Shown here piece by piece: positions 17,818 to 27,783 of a stretch of 64,000 bases of DNA; positions within the stretch are counted from its first letter, which is position 1, and each line of letters starts with the position of its first letter. The DNA comes from an uncultured archaeon (GTDB lineage Archaea > Hadarchaeota > Hadarchaeia > Hadarchaeales > WYZ-LMO6): the NCBI GenBank assembly GCA_938074535.1, contig CALJER010000015.1:1544-65543 (forward strand), written 5' to 3'. A model generated the notes under the pieces. That model saw only the letters and a list, made by a program, of their open reading frames with translations. It was not told where the DNA came from and searched no databases. The position numbers were made by a program, and so were the translations under genes.

Positions 17818-19836
17818 ATGCTCAGGCCCTGCAGGATGAGGAGGTTCAGGGCTCTCTTCCCCCTCCGCTTCAGGGAGAGGGTGCTGGAGGCCCTCCACGA
17901 GAGGGGGGTGGTCCAGCTCAAGGAGGTTTCCGAGCCGGCGGTGGGAAGGAGGGCCCCGGCGGAGGAGCTGCAGCGTCTCCTCCCCCTGCTGGGCAGGCTG
18001 AGGGAGCTCCACGAGGTTCTGGGTCCGCCCTCCCGGCCCGTCCAGGTTAGGCCCCTGACCAGGGAGGAGACGGCCAGGAGGGCGGAGAGGCTCCTCTCCA
18101 GGCTGGAAGGAAAATGGGGGCCCCTGAGGTCGCGGCTGGAGGAGGTGGAGAGGAGGAGGGAGGAGCTCCTGAGGAGGAAGGAACTGCTGGAGGAACTGAG
18201 GGAGCTGGACCTTCCCCTGAGCCTCCTCCGCTCCACGGAGGAGGTCCACGTCCTGGTCGGAAAGATGGCCGCGGAGAGGGTGGAGGAGTTCTTCCGGGAG
18301 GTCAGGGAAGTTCTGGGCGAGAAGGTGGTGGCGGGGAGTGCGGGGAGGGGGGAGAGGAGGACGGTGGTGGTGGTTTGCAGGGCCGGGGAGAGGCAGAGGC
18401 TCTCCCCCCTCGTCTACAGGTTCGAGGTGGAGCCGCTGGAGCTCCCCCCGCTGGAGGAGGCTCCCTCCGTCTCCCTCCGGAGGCTGGAGGAGGAGCTGGC
18501 GGAGCTGGAGAGGAGGAAGGGGGAGCTGGAGGAGGGGAGGAGGAAGCTGGCCAGGAGGTGGGCGGAGGAGGTGGGCTCCACCCTCGAGCTGCTGGAGATC
18601 CACGTGGAGAGGCTCAGGGCCTCCGCCCTCCTGGGCTACACCGAGAGCACGGTGCTCCTGGAGGGATGGGTGCCGGAGGGGGAAGGCGGGCTGGAGGGCC
18701 TGCTGCGCACCCTCACCTCGGGAAAGCTGCTCTTCCGCACCTACGAGCCAGGGAAGGAACCTCCCGTGAAGCTGGAGAACCCCCCGGGCCTAAGGAACTT
18801 CGAGCTCCTCACGGAGACCTACGGCCTTCCCAGGTACGACGAGGTGGACCCCACCCCCTATCTGGCCCTCACCTTCCCCCTCTTCTTCGCCATCTGCCTC
18901 TCGGATGCGGCCTACGGTCTCCTCCTGGCCCTCTTCATGGGCTCGGGTTTCTGGGTGGCCAGGGTCTTTCCCCCCAGGCTCAGGAAGATCGTGCTGGTGG
19001 GTGCCCTCCTCACCATACCCGTGGGCTGCCTGCTCGGAGGATGGTTCGGGGGGCTCTTCGGCAGGGCTCCCCCCCTCTGGGTGGACCCGCTGGAGAACCC
19101 CATTCCCATCCTCAAGCTGGCGGTCTTCCTGGGGATCCTGCAGATCCTCTGGGGGGTGGCGGGGGGGGCCTGCCTGAAGGACGCCTTCAGGGGGGAGTGG
19201 AAGAGGCTCTGCCTGGTGCACCTCCCCCAGCTGCTCCTGGTGGTGGGCTTCTTCGGTCTGGCCCTCAGCTCCCTGGGGGTGAGCCTCTCCGAGTTCGGCC
19301 TCTCCTTCGCCTTCCCCAAGATGAGCCTGGTGGAGGTCTTCAACCCCCTCTCCCCCGCCCCCACCGTCCTGGTGCTCTTCAGGCTTCTCTTCTACCTGGG
19401 CCTCTTTGCCGGGATGGCGGGGTCGGCCCTCACGGCAGGCTCCGCCCTCTCTGGGGTGGGCAGCTCCGTGAACTTCGCCTACGGCATCACCGGACTGGTG
19501 GCCGATGCGGCCTCCTACACCAGGCTCACCGCCCTCTGCATCTCCTCCAGCATCATAGCCTTCGCCATCAACTACATCCTGGGGTGGATCTACGGGAGCC
19601 TTTCCCCTCCCCTGGAGGGCATCTCCTCCGCCCTGGTCATCCTCCTCCTCGCCGTGCTGGTCCTTCTCTTTTTCCTGGGGCACTGCTTCAACCTCTTCGT
19701 GCAGAGCCTGGGGGCCTTCATCCACACCATGCGCCTCCACTACGTGGAGTTCTTCTCGAAGTTCTACGAGGGAGGAGGGGAAAAGTTCTCCCCCTTCAAG
19801 GTTAAAAGGGTGTTCACCAGAATAAGGAGGAGATAA
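17818..19836 (+). CDS. atpI: A-type ATP synthase subunit I (membrane a-subunit homologue).
   Basis: 672 aa with charged N-terminal cytoplasmic domain and multi-TM C-terminal domain (...AASYTRLTALCISS...). Confidence 0.9.
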   Translation: MLRPCRMRRFRALFPLRFRERVLEALHERGVVQLKEVSEPAVGRRAPAEELQRLLPLLGRLRELHEVLGPPSRPVQVRPLTREETARRAERLLSRLEGKWGPLRSRLEEVERRREELLRRKELLEELRELDLPLSLLRSTEEVHVLVGKMAAERVEEFFREVREVLGEKVVAGSAGRGERRTVVVVCRAGERQRLSPLVYRFEVEPLELPPLEEAPSVSLRRLEEELAELERRKGELEEGRRKLARRWAEEVGSTLELLEIHVERLRASALLGYTESTVLLEGWVPEGEGGLEGLLRTLTSGKLLFRTYEPGKEPPVKLENPPGLRNFELLTETYGLPRYDEVDPTPYLALTFPLFFAICLSDAAYGLLLALFMGSGFWVARVFPPRLRKIVLVGALLTIPVGCLLGGWFGGLFGRAPPLWVDPLENPIPILKLAVFLGILQILWGVAGGACLKDAFRGEWKRLCLVHLPQLLLVVGFFGLALSSLGVSLSEFGLSFAFPKMSLVEVFNPLSPAPTVLVLFRLLFYLGLFAGMAGSALTAGSALSGVGSSVNFAYGITGLVADAASYTRLTALCISSSIIAFAINYILGWIYGSLSPPLEGISSALVILLLAVLVLLFFLGHCFNLFVQSLGAFIHTMRLHYVEFFSKFYEGGGEKFSPFKVKRVFTRIRRR

Positions 19837-19837
19837 A

Positions 19838-20308
19838 ATGGTAGCGGAAGGCGTATGGGTGGTCTTGGCGGCTTCCCTCGCCATAGCCGTCCCGGGGGTG
19901 ATAGCCGGGCTGGGGGTGGGCATGACCGGCGTCACCTGCGCGGCCATAGCGGGGGAGGACCCCAAGAAGGCGTACAGGGTCTTCGTGTACGAAGTGATGC
20001 CTGGGACGCAGGGTTTCTACGGGTTCGTGGCGGGCTTCCTCATCATACTGGGCACCGGACTCTCAGCGGGGGCGGCGGTGAAGTCGGGCGTGGCCGGCCT
20101 GGCCGTGCTGTGCGCGGCGGTACCGGCCATCCTGCAGGGCTTCACCTCCTATCCGCAGGGGATGGTGGCTTCGGCCAGCGCCACCTCCTTCGCCAAGAGG
20201 CCGGAGGTCTTCGCGGCGGGCATGATGTACACGGTGATGGTGGAGATCTACGCCATCCTGGGGCTCCTGGCCACCATTCTTCTCCTCACCTTCATAGGGG
20301 CCCTGTGA
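19838..20308 (+). CDS. atpK: A-type ATP synthase proteolipid subunit K (c), duplicated two-hairpin (about 16 kDa, 4 TM) form.
   Basis: 156 aa, twice the usual one-hairpin size. Glycine-rich TM helices (AGLGVGMTGV; GLSAGAAV) with Glu in each outer helix (VYEVMPG; MVEIYAILG). Confidence 0.85.
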   Translation: MVAEGVWVVLAASLAIAVPGVIAGLGVGMTGVTCAAIAGEDPKKAYRVFVYEVMPGTQGFYGFVAGFLIILGTGLSAGAAVKSGVAGLAVLCAAVPAILQGFTSYPQGMVASASATSFAKRPEVFAAGMMYTVMVEIYAILGLLATILLLTFIGAL

Positions 20309-20318
20309 GGGGGAGAAG

Positions 20319-20930
20319 GTGGTGGAAAGGGGAGCTCAGCTGATAGCCCAGGACATCCTGGGCGAGGCCAGGAAGAAGGCCGAGGAGATCCTGGAGAGGG
20401 CTAGGAAGGAGGCCTCCTCCCTCGTGGAGGCCGCGGAGAGGGAAGAGAAGAGGGCCGGGGAGGAGGAAGTGGAAAGGGCGAGGGAGAGGGCCAGGCAGGT
20501 CTACGAGGAGAGGGTGGCGAAGGGAAGGGTGGAGGGCAGGAAGGAGGTGCTGAAGAGGAAGGAAGAGCTGATAGAGGAGGTCTTCAGGAGGGCGGAGGAG
20601 AGGCTGAGGAAATATGTTTCTTCCAGGGAGTACGAGAGGGACCTGCTGGAGCTCACGGCGGAGGCCTGCCGGAGGCTTGGGTCGGAGGAGGTGGTGGTGG
20701 AGGCCAGCAGCAGGGACCTGGAGAGGCTGAAGGGCAGGGAGGGGGAGCTCAGGAAGAGGCTGGAGGGAGTGAGGATCTCCTTCGGCAGGCCCCTGGAGAC
20801 CCTGGGGGGGGTGAGGGTGAGGTCCGGGGACGGGAGGGCGGAGCTGGACGAAACCCTCGAGAGCAGGATGAGGAGGGAGAGGGAGGCCCTCCGGGTGAGG
20901 GTGGCCAAGCTTCTCTTCGAAGGGTCCTGA
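20319..20930 (+). CDS. atpE: A-type ATP synthase subunit E.
   Basis: 203 aa charged helical protein in conserved position. Confidence 0.8.
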   Translation: MVERGAQLIAQDILGEARKKAEEILERARKEASSLVEAAEREEKRAGEEEVERARERARQVYEERVAKGRVEGRKEVLKRKEELIEEVFRRAEERLRKYVSSREYERDLLELTAEACRRLGSEEVVVEASSRDLERLKGREGELRKRLEGVRISFGRPLETLGGVRVRSGDGRAELDETLESRMRREREALRVRVAKLLFEGS

Positions 20931-22045
20931 TGCTCGCCGTTCCCATCCTCATCTTCGTCCTGATAGGATTTTTCTTCCTCATGGTGGTCCTACACGCCAG
21001 GAGGACGGTCGGCTACCTCTACTGCAGCGCGGTGGTGAGCACCTGGGAGGCCAGGCTCCTTTCTGAGTCCAAGCTGCTGGAGCTGGCGGAGGTGCAGCGC
21101 GTGGAGGAGCTCCGCTCCTCGCTGGGGGAGGCGGGGTATCCCCTCCCCGGGGAGGACCCCGCGGAGTGGGAGCGGGCCCTGAGGGAGGCCTCGGCCGCGA
21201 GGTTCGCCGAGCTCCTGGGGATGGTCCCCGAGGACAGGGTGGAGACCGTGCGGAGGCTCCTGGCGAGGGAGGAGATCTGGAACCTGAAGGCCCTCCTCAC
21301 CTCCCTCCACCTGGGGGAGCCCAGGGAGGAGAGGAGGAAGCGCCTTCTGCCCTGCCCCACCCTCCCTCCGGAAAGGCTGGACATGCTCGCCTCCGCGGAA
21401 AGCCTGGAGCAGCTCCTGGAGTTCCTCAGGGGGAGCGAGTACTTCGAGGTCCTCTCCTCGGCCCTCCAGGACTACCAGAAGGAGGGCCTTTCCCCCCTCC
21501 TCTTCGCCCTGGACAGGCACTACTACTCCCGTCTGTGGGAGGAGGTGGTGGGGAAGAAGCCCCAGCGGTCGATCCTGCTTCCCCTGGTGGGCTTTGAGAT
21601 CGATTCCCTGAACCTCAGGCTCATCCTCAGGCTGAAGAGGGAGGGAGCACCGCCGGAGCGGATAGACTCCCTCCTCGTGCGCCTCGAGCCTCCCTACCAG
21701 CTGGGGGAGGAGATCCTGAGGGCCCTCATCTCCGCGGAGGACCTGAGGACCTGTGCGGAGCTCCTCTCCCACACCCCCTACGGCAGGATCCTCTCACCCC
21801 TCCTCCCCCAGCTGGAGGCGGGGGACCTCTTTCCCCTGGAGAAGGCGCTGGAGGAGGAGCACCTCAGGCTCTGCCGGTGGGCCGCCCTCACCAGGCCCTT
21901 CACGCTCGCCCCCGTTTATTCCTACGTGAAGAGGAGGGAGGCGGAGGTGAGGAACCTCCACCTCCTCCTCAGGCTCAAGCTCGAGGGGGCGGGGCCGGAG
22001 CGCGTCAAGGAACTGCTGGTGAGGGTGCCGGGACTTGAAGCGTGA
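20930..22045 (+). CDS. atpC: A-type ATP synthase subunit C.
   Basis: 371 aa, V0-d/AtpC-like helical protein. Possible N-terminal hydrophobic extension; start uncertain. Confidence 0.8.
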   Translation: MLAVPILIFVLIGFFFLMVVLHARRTVGYLYCSAVVSTWEARLLSESKLLELAEVQRVEELRSSLGEAGYPLPGEDPAEWERALREASAARFAELLGMVPEDRVETVRRLLAREEIWNLKALLTSLHLGEPREERRKRLLPCPTLPPERLDMLASAESLEQLLEFLRGSEYFEVLSSALQDYQKEGLSPLLFALDRHYYSRLWEEVVGKKPQRSILLPLVGFEIDSLNLRLILRLKREGAPPERIDSLLVRLEPPYQLGEEILRALISAEDLRTCAELLSHTPYGRILSPLLPQLEAGDLFPLEKALEEEHLRLCRWAALTRPFTLAPVYSYVKRREAEVRNLHLLLRLKLEGAGPERVKELLVRVPGLEA

Positions 22046-22373
22046 GGTCGTCGTGGTGGGGGAGAGGGAAACGGTGACGGGGTTCGCCCTGGCGGGGGTG
22101 GGCAGGGCGTACCTCCACTCCTCCAGGGAGGAAACGCTGCGCCTGCTCAGGGGCCTGCTCCGGGAGGAGGGGGTGGGGCTCCTCCTCGTTACCCACAGGG
22201 TGGCGGAGGAGCTGGGGGAGGAATGGAGGAGGATGGTGAGGGAGAAGGGGCCCTTTCCGATGGTCCTCAGGATCCCCGACAGGACCGGTTACCGCCCCGA
22301 GAGGGATGAGCTGGAGGAGATGGTGAGGAGGACGGTGGGGGCGGAGGTGGTGGTGAGGAGGGAAGAGGAATGA
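22035..22373 (+). CDS. atpF: A-type ATP synthase subunit F.
   Basis: 112 aa; VVVVGERETVTGFALAGV motif typical of AtpF. Confidence 0.85.
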   Translation: MKREVVVVGERETVTGFALAGVGRAYLHSSREETLRLLRGLLREEGVGLLLVTHRVAEELGEEWRRMVREKGPFPMVLRIPDRTGYRPERDELEEMVRRTVGAEVVVRREEE

Positions 22374-23023
22374 TGGCCCTTTCCCCCACCAGGATGGAGC
22401 TCCTCAGGCTCAGGAGGAGGATCGCCCTGGCCAGGAAAGGGCACGACCTCCTGAGGGAGAAGATGGACGCGCTGGTGATGGAGTTCTTCGAGGTCCTGAG
22501 GAAGATCTATGAGAAGAGGGAGGGAGCCTTTGACCAGCTGGGGAAGGCCCACTCCTCCCTCTCCCTCTGCATGGCCAGCTGGGGCACGGCGGAGACGGAG
22601 CAGGCGGCTAGGGAAGCGAGGAAGGGCGCGGTCCTGGAGACCTCCCTGAGGTACATCATGGGGGTGCCCGTGCCGGTGGTGGAGGTGGGGGAGACCGTGC
22701 GCACCGCGCTGGGCAGGGGATACTCCCTCCACCCCTCCCCCTCCCTCCTGGACCGGGCCTCCGAGGAGTTCGAGAGGGCCCTGAAGATGCTGGCCGAAGT
22801 GGCGGAGCTGGAGGAGGCCGCCAGGGCCCTGGCCTGGGAGCTGGAGAGGACCAGGAGGAGGGTCAACGCCCTGGAGTACATCCTCATCCCCAGGCTGGAG
22901 GCCGCGCTCAAGTTCATAGGGATGAGGCTGGACGAGATGGAGAGGGAGCACTTCTTCAGGCTGAAGAGGATCAAGGCCACGCTGGAGAGGAGGGAGGCGG
23001 TTGGAGGAGGTGCTGAAGGCTGA
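22370..23023 (+). CDS. atpD: A-type ATP synthase subunit D (central stalk).
   Basis: PTRMELLRLRRRIALARKGHDLLREKMDALVMEF signature. Follows atpF directly, with A/B not in between. Confidence 0.9.
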   Translation: MMALSPTRMELLRLRRRIALARKGHDLLREKMDALVMEFFEVLRKIYEKREGAFDQLGKAHSSLSLCMASWGTAETEQAAREARKGAVLETSLRYIMGVPVPVVEVGETVRTALGRGYSLHPSPSLLDRASEEFERALKMLAEVAELEEAARALAWELERTRRRVNALEYILIPRLEAALKFIGMRLDEMEREHFFRLKRIKATLERREAVGGGAEG

Positions 23024-23390
23024 GCTGGCCAGGCTGAACTCCCCCTTCCCCAGGGAGAGGGTGCCGCTGGAGGAGGCCCTCTCCTCCGAAAGGCCGGGCG
23101 TGCCCCTGACCAACGGCGGCTTCCAGCCCTTCAAGAGGGAGGAGCTCGAGCTGCTGGCCAGGATCCTCCCGAGCGAGGAGAGGAAGGAACTGAGGCTCCC
23201 CATCCTCCTGGCCCTGGACCCTGGACTGGGGAGGGGGGCGGTGAAGATAGGGGGGAGGGCGGAGGCGAGGGCGGTAGGGAGGCTCCTGGGGAAGGAAGTG
23301 AAGGGGGGAGAGCTGGTGATCCACCGCCCGGAGCTCCTGGAGGTGAGGAGGAAGCTCCCCACCACCACCTACTATCTCTTCCTACCATGA
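23001..23390 (+). CDS. Hypothetical protein (low confidence).
   Basis: 129 aa ORF overlapping the atpD end; no recognisable motifs. Confidence 0.25.
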   Translation: MEEVLKAELARLNSPFPRERVPLEEALSSERPGVPLTNGGFQPFKREELELLARILPSEERKELRLPILLALDPGLGRGAVKIGGRAEARAVGRLLGKEVKGGELVIHRPELLEVRRKLPTTTYYLFLP

Positions 23391-23686
23391 GGGGAGCCCG
23401 GGAAAGCGGGTGGGGAAGGTCGGCCCCCCTTGTCCTCCTCTTTTATCCTTTCTCCCTCGTCACCGTGACCGCCGGCCTCCTGGCCTTCCTCCTCCTCATG
23501 GTGGGGGTGGAGAGGGAGCTCCTGGTCCCCTGCGTGCTCTGGTTCTACTTCGCTTCCTTCCTCTCGGTCTACCTGGTCACCCGCAGGGTCCTGAGGGTCT
23601 TCGGGTTCCAGAGGCTCTTCCTCCTCTTCCTCCTCACGCTGGGGCTTCTCTCCCTCCTCTCCCTCCTCCCCCTCCTGCAAGGATGA
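23387..23686 (+). CDS. Small hypothetical membrane protein (2-3 TM).
   Basis: 99 aa, hydrophobic helices LVLLFYPFSLVTVTAGLLAFLLLMV. Confidence 0.3.
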   Translation: MRGARESGWGRSAPLVLLFYPFSLVTVTAGLLAFLLLMVGVERELLVPCVLWFYFASFLSVYLVTRRVLRVFGFQRLFLLFLLTLGLLSLLSLLPLLQG

Positions 23687-23698
23687 GCCGGGGGAGGT

Positions 23699-25093
23699 TC
23701 ATCCCGCCTTCCTGTGCAGGTACTTGGAGATGAACTTGGGATCCACCCTGGTGAGCTCGTCCTCGGGGAGCATGCCCAGCAGCTCCCAGCCCAGGTCCAG
23801 GGTCCTGTCTATGGAGCGGTCCTCGTCCCTTCCCTGGTTCACGAACCTGCGCTCGAAGGCGTCCGCGAACTCCAGGTACTTCTTATCCCTCTCCGTCAGG
23901 GCCTCCTCCCCCACCACCGCCACCAGCGCCCTCAGGTCCCTCCCCTCGGCGTAGGCGGCGTAGAGCTGGTTGGAGACATCCGAGTGGTCCTCCCTGGTCT
24001 TGCCCCTCCCTATTCCGTCCTTCATGAGCCTGGAGAGAGAGGGGAGGACGTTGATGGGGGGGTAGATCCCCTTCCGGTGCAGCTCCCTCTCCATCACCAG
24101 CTGCCCCTCCGTGATGTAGCCGGAGAGGTCGGGGACGGGGTGGGTGATGTCGTCCCCAGGCATGGTCAGGATGGGCATCTGGGTCACAGACCCCTTCTTC
24201 CCCTTCACCCTTCCCGCCCTCTCGTAGATGGTGGCCAGGTCCGTGTACATGTACCCGGGGTAGCCCCTCCTCCCGGGAACCTCGCTCCTCGCTGCCGAGA
24301 GCTCACGCAGGGCCTCGGCATAGTTCGTCATGTCCAGCAGGATCACCAGCACGTGCATGCCCTGCACGAAGGCCAGATACTCCGCCGTGGTCAGGCCGAG
24401 CCTGGGGGTGAGGATGCGCTCTATGGCGGGGTCGCTGGCCAGGTTGAGGAAGACCACCGCCCTCTCCAGGGCGCCCGTCCGCTCGAAGTCCCTGATGAAG
24501 AAGGAGGCGTCCTCGTGGGTGATGCCCATTCCGCAGAACACCGCCGCAAACTTCTCCTCCTCCCCCAGCACCTTCGCCTGCCTGGCCACCTGGGCGGCCA
24601 GCTCGTTGTGGGGGAGGCCCGAGCCGGAGAAGATGGGGAGCTTCTGCCCCCTTACCAGCGTGTTCATCCCGTCGATGGCGGAGATTCCCGTCTGGATGAA
24701 CTCGGAGGGATACTCCCTGGAGGAGGGGTTGAGGGGTGCCCCGTGCACGTCCCACTCGTCCTCAGGAATGGGCTTCGGCCCCCCGTCTATGGGCTCCCCC
24801 CTCCCGTTGAAGATCCTGCCCACCAGGTCCATCCCCACCCCGAACTTGATGGTCTCCCCTGTGAACCTCACCCTGGTCCTGGAGGTGTCTATTCCGCCCG
24901 TCCCCTCGTAGACCTGCACCACCGCCAGGTTCTCCCTGGCGTCCAGCACCTGCCCCCTCCTCCTCTCCCCGCTCGGGGTGACGATCTCCACCACCTCCCC
25001 GTAGGCCACTCCCCTCACCCCCTCCACCACCAGCAGGGGCCCCGAGACCTCCCTCACCGAAAGATACTCCAGACCCTTGCTCCCCCCCTTCAA
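23699..25093 (-). CDS. atpB: A-type ATP synthase subunit B.
   Basis: 464 aa; classic non-catalytic B subunit sequence ([20 protein letters not shown]...). Confidence 0.95.
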   Translation of the reverse strand: MKGGSKGLEYLSVREVSGPLLVVEGVRGVAYGEVVEIVTPSGERRRGQVLDARENLAVVQVYEGTGGIDTSRTRVRFTGETIKFGVGMDLVGRIFNGRGEPIDGGPKPIPEDEWDVHGAPLNPSSREYPSEFIQTGISAIDGMNTLVRGQKLPIFSGSGLPHNELAAQVARQAKVLGEEEKFAAVFCGMGITHEDASFFIRDFERTGALERAVVFLNLASDPAIERILTPRLGLTTAEYLAFVQGMHVLVILLDMTNYAEALRELSAARSEVPGRRGYPGYMYTDLATIYERAGRVKGKKGSVTQMPILTMPGDDITHPVPDLSGYITEGQLVMERELHRKGIYPPINVLPSLSRLMKDGIGRGKTREDHSDVSNQLYAAYAEGRDLRALVAVVGEEALTERDKKYLEFADAFERRFVNQGRDEDRSIDRTLDLGWELLGMLPEDELTRVDPKFISKYLHRKAG

Positions 25094-26844
25094 CCCTTAC
25101 CCCTCCTCAGCCCCTCGAACTGCTCGTCTATCCTCCTCTCCAGCTCCTTTTCCGCTTTCCTGAACTCCTCCAGCGGGAGCTTTTTCATCCTGGCCAGTTC
25201 CTCCCTCACCGGGAGCTTCCTGACCTCCGCGACCGAAATCCCATCCCTGGCCGCCTCCATGCACCTCCTGTAGAAGCGCAGCATGAGCTTCAGCATCCCC
25301 AGCTGCTTCTCCGGCGGGCAGTAGCTGTCCACCTCGTCGAAGGCGAACTGCTGAAGGAGGTTCTCCCTCACCATCCTGGCGGACTCAAGCACCGCCCTCT
25401 CCGGCTCGGGAAGGGCGTCCGCCCCTATCAGCTTCACGATCTCCTCCAGCTCCGCCTCCCTCTGGAGCAGGGCCATGGCCTCCGTCCTGAGGCCCTTCCA
25501 GTCCTCCCCCGACTTCTTCCACCACCCCTCCACCCCGTCCACGTACAGGGAGTAGCTGGTGAGCCAGTTGATGGCGGGGAAGTGGCGGCGGTAGGCCAGG
25601 GCGGTGTCGAGGGCCCAGAAGACCTTCACGATCCTCAGGGTGTTGGTGGACACGGGCTCGGAGAGGTCCCCCCCGGGGGGTGAGACCGCACCCAGCACGG
25701 TGAGGGAGCCGTACCTCTCGTCGCTCCCCAGCGTCTTCACCCATCCGGCCCTCTCGTAGAACTCGGCCAGCCTGGAGGCCAGGTAGGCGGGGAAGCCCTC
25801 CTCCCCGGGCATCTCCTCCAGCCTCCCGGAGATCTCCCTCATGGCCTCCGCCCAGCGGGAGGTGGAGTCGGCCATCAGGGCCACGTCGTAGCCCATGTCC
25901 CTGAAGTACTCACCCAGCGTGATGCCCGTGTAGACGCTGGCCTCCCTGGCGGCCACGGGCATGTTGGAGGTGTTGGCTATGAGCACGGTCCGCTCCATCA
26001 GGGGTCTGCCGGTGCGCGGGTCCTTGAGCTCCGGGAAGTGCACCAGCACATCGCACATCTCGTTTCCCCTCTCCCCGCACCCCACGTACACCACGAGGTC
26101 CGCGTCCGCCCACTTGGCCACCTGGTGGAGGAAAACGGTCTTTCCGGTTCCGAAGCCCCCTGGAATGGCACCCGTCCCGCCCTTCGCTATGGGGAAGAAG
26201 GTGTCCGCTATGCGCTGTCCTATGAGGAGGGGTTCCCTGGGATCCAGCTTCTCCTTGTAGGGCCTGGGCCTCCGCACGGGCCAGGTCTGCATGAGCCTTA
26301 TCTCCTCCTTTCCCCTCGGTCCCTCCACCCTCACCACCGTTTCTTCCACCGTGTGCTTCCCCTCGCTCACCTCCACCACCTTCCCCCCCACGCCCGGGGG
26401 GACCAGGATGCGGTGCTCCACCAGCTCCGTCTCCCTCACCACCCCCACCACGTCCCCCTCCACCACTTCCGCCCCCTTCTTCACCCTGGGCTCGAACTCC
26501 CACTTCCTCTCCCTGTCGAGGGCGGGGACGTAGATCCCCCTCTTCACCATCTCGCCCACCCTCTTGCTTATCTCGGTGAGGGGGCGCTGCACCCCGTCGT
26601 AGATGGTGCCCACCAGGCCCGGGCCCAGCTCGGCGGAGAGGGGCCTCCCGGTCCTCTCCACCTTTTCTCCCGGTCTCACTCCAGAGGTCTCCTCGTAGAC
26701 CTGGATGGTGGCCCTCTCCCCCTGCAGCCCTATGATCTCCCCCATCAGGCCCTCTTCCCCCACCCTCACGAGCTCGTACATTTCGGAGCCCTTCATCCCG
26801 TCCGCCAGGACCACGGGGCCGGTGATTCTCACTATCCTGCCCAA
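25090..26844 (-). CDS. atpA: A-type ATP synthase catalytic subunit A (no intein).
   Basis: 584 aa; GGFGTGKTV Walker A, non-homologous insert region typical of A subunits. Stop overlaps atpB start. Confidence 0.95.
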   Translation of the reverse strand: MGRIVRITGPVVLADGMKGSEMYELVRVGEEGLMGEIIGLQGERATIQVYEETSGVRPGEKVERTGRPLSAELGPGLVGTIYDGVQRPLTEISKRVGEMVKRGIYVPALDRERKWEFEPRVKKGAEVVEGDVVGVVRETELVEHRILVPPGVGGKVVEVSEGKHTVEETVVRVEGPRGKEEIRLMQTWPVRRPRPYKEKLDPREPLLIGQRIADTFFPIAKGGTGAIPGGFGTGKTVFLHQVAKWADADLVVYVGCGERGNEMCDVLVHFPELKDPRTGRPLMERTVLIANTSNMPVAAREASVYTGITLGEYFRDMGYDVALMADSTSRWAEAMREISGRLEEMPGEEGFPAYLASRLAEFYERAGWVKTLGSDERYGSLTVLGAVSPPGGDLSEPVSTNTLRIVKVFWALDTALAYRRHFPAINWLTSYSLYVDGVEGWWKKSGEDWKGLRTEAMALLQREAELEEIVKLIGADALPEPERAVLESARMVRENLLQQFAFDEVDSYCPPEKQLGMLKLMLRFYRRCMEAARDGISVAEVRKLPVREELARMKKLPLEEFRKAEKELERRIDEQFEGLRRGKG

Positions 26845-26898
26845 GTCGACCTAAGAAGATGGGAGAAAGGCGTAAAAATGTTGCGTTTCCGTGCGGTC

Positions 26899-27783
26899 TC
26901 AGGGTTTGAGGAGCCCGAGCCCGGAGAGGACCTCCCTCAGCCTCTTCCTGGTCCCCTCTCCCACCCTCACCAGGGGCAGGCGCGGGGAGCCGGCCGGGAG
27001 GCCCACCATCTCCATGGCCTCCTTCACGGGGGAGGGATTGGTCTCGAGGAAGAGGGCCTCGAAAAGGGGTGAGAGCTCGTAGTGGAGGCTCCTGGCTTCC
27101 TCCGTCCTCCCCTCCCTGAAGGCCCTCACCATCCTCACCATCTGGGCGGGGACCAAGTTGGAGGCCACGGAGACCACCCCCACCGCCCCCAGGGCCATCA
27201 TGGGCAGGGTGTGGGAGTCGTTCCCGGAGGTCACCACGAAGTCCTCCCCCCTGGTCAGCTCCAGGATCTTGGAGATCTGGTCGAAGTTCCCGCTGGCTTC
27301 TTTCACCCCCACCACGTTCTTCAGCCTGGCCAGCCTGGCCACGGTCTCAGGGGCCAGGTTGACCCCCGTTCTGGAGGGGACGTTGTACAGGATCTGGGGG
27401 AGGTCCACCTCCTCCGCCAGGCGCTTGAAGTGCTGGTAGAGCCCCTCCTGCGTGGGCCTGTTGTAGTACGGCACCACCACCAGGGCCCCGTCCGCCCCCC
27501 TTTCCTTGGCCTCCCGCGTGAGCATCAGGGCCTCCTTCGTGCTGTTGCTCCCCGTCCCGGCCACCACCGGCACCCTCCCCCCGGCGGCCTCCACCACCAC
27601 CTCCACCACCCTGAGGTGCTCCTCGTAGCTCAGGGTGGAGCACTCTCCCGTGGTTCCCGCGGGTACGAGCCCGTCCACCCCGCTCCTTATCTGGAACTCC
27701 ACGTTCTTCCTCAGCCCCTCCTCGTTCAGCTCGCCGTTTTCCAGGAAGGGTGTGACCATCGCCGTGAGCACGCCCTCGAACAT
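26899..27783 (-). CDS. dapA: 4-hydroxy-tetrahydrodipicolinate synthase.
   Basis: MFEGVLTAMVTPF..., GTTGE, and Schiff-base lysine region (NVVGVKEASGN). The listed ORF to 28062 is an N-terminal read-through. Confidence 0.9.
   Translation of the reverse strand: MFEGVLTAMVTPFLENGELNEEGLRKNVEFQIRSGVDGLVPAGTTGECSTLSYEEHLRVVEVVVEAAGGRVPVVAGTGSNSTKEALMLTREAKERGADGALVVVPYYNRPTQEGLYQHFKRLAEEVDLPQILYNVPSRTGVNLAPETVARLARLKNVVGVKEASGNFDQISKILELTRGEDFVVTSGNDSHTLPMMALGAVGVVSVASNLVPAQMVRMVRAFREGRTEEARSLHYELSPLFEALFLETNPSPVKEAMEMVGLPAGSPRLPLVRVGEGTRKRLREVLSGLGLLKP

Noticed and set aside
17452-19965. Long ORFs 17452..18603(-), 17472..18236(-), 18114..19805(+), 18338..18769(+), 18790..19965(-), 18912..19364(-) overlapping atpH/atpI.
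   Set aside because: Alternative frames of atpI/atpH with extreme low-complexity (poly-Gly/Glu/Pro/Ser/Leu); atpI in frame 17818..19836 has proper TM-domain architecture.
19838-20308. Assigning the organism to Methanopyrus kandleri on the basis of high GC, Glu/Arg-rich proteins and cfb genes.
   Set aside because: From memory, M. kandleri has a giant multi-hairpin fused AtpK, whereas this window encodes a 156-aa two-hairpin proteolipid, and flanking GC (about 70%) exceeds its about 61%. Organism identity cannot be established from this window.
20990-27643. Numerous 60-350-aa ORFs antisense or out of frame within atpC, atpD, atpB, atpA, dapA (e.g. 20990..21772-, 22289..23368-, 23714..25273+, 25910..26503-, 26038..27072+, 27082..28068+).
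   Set aside because: All overlap strongly supported conserved genes on the other strand or frame and translate to Gly/Pro/His/Arg-rich low-complexity strings.
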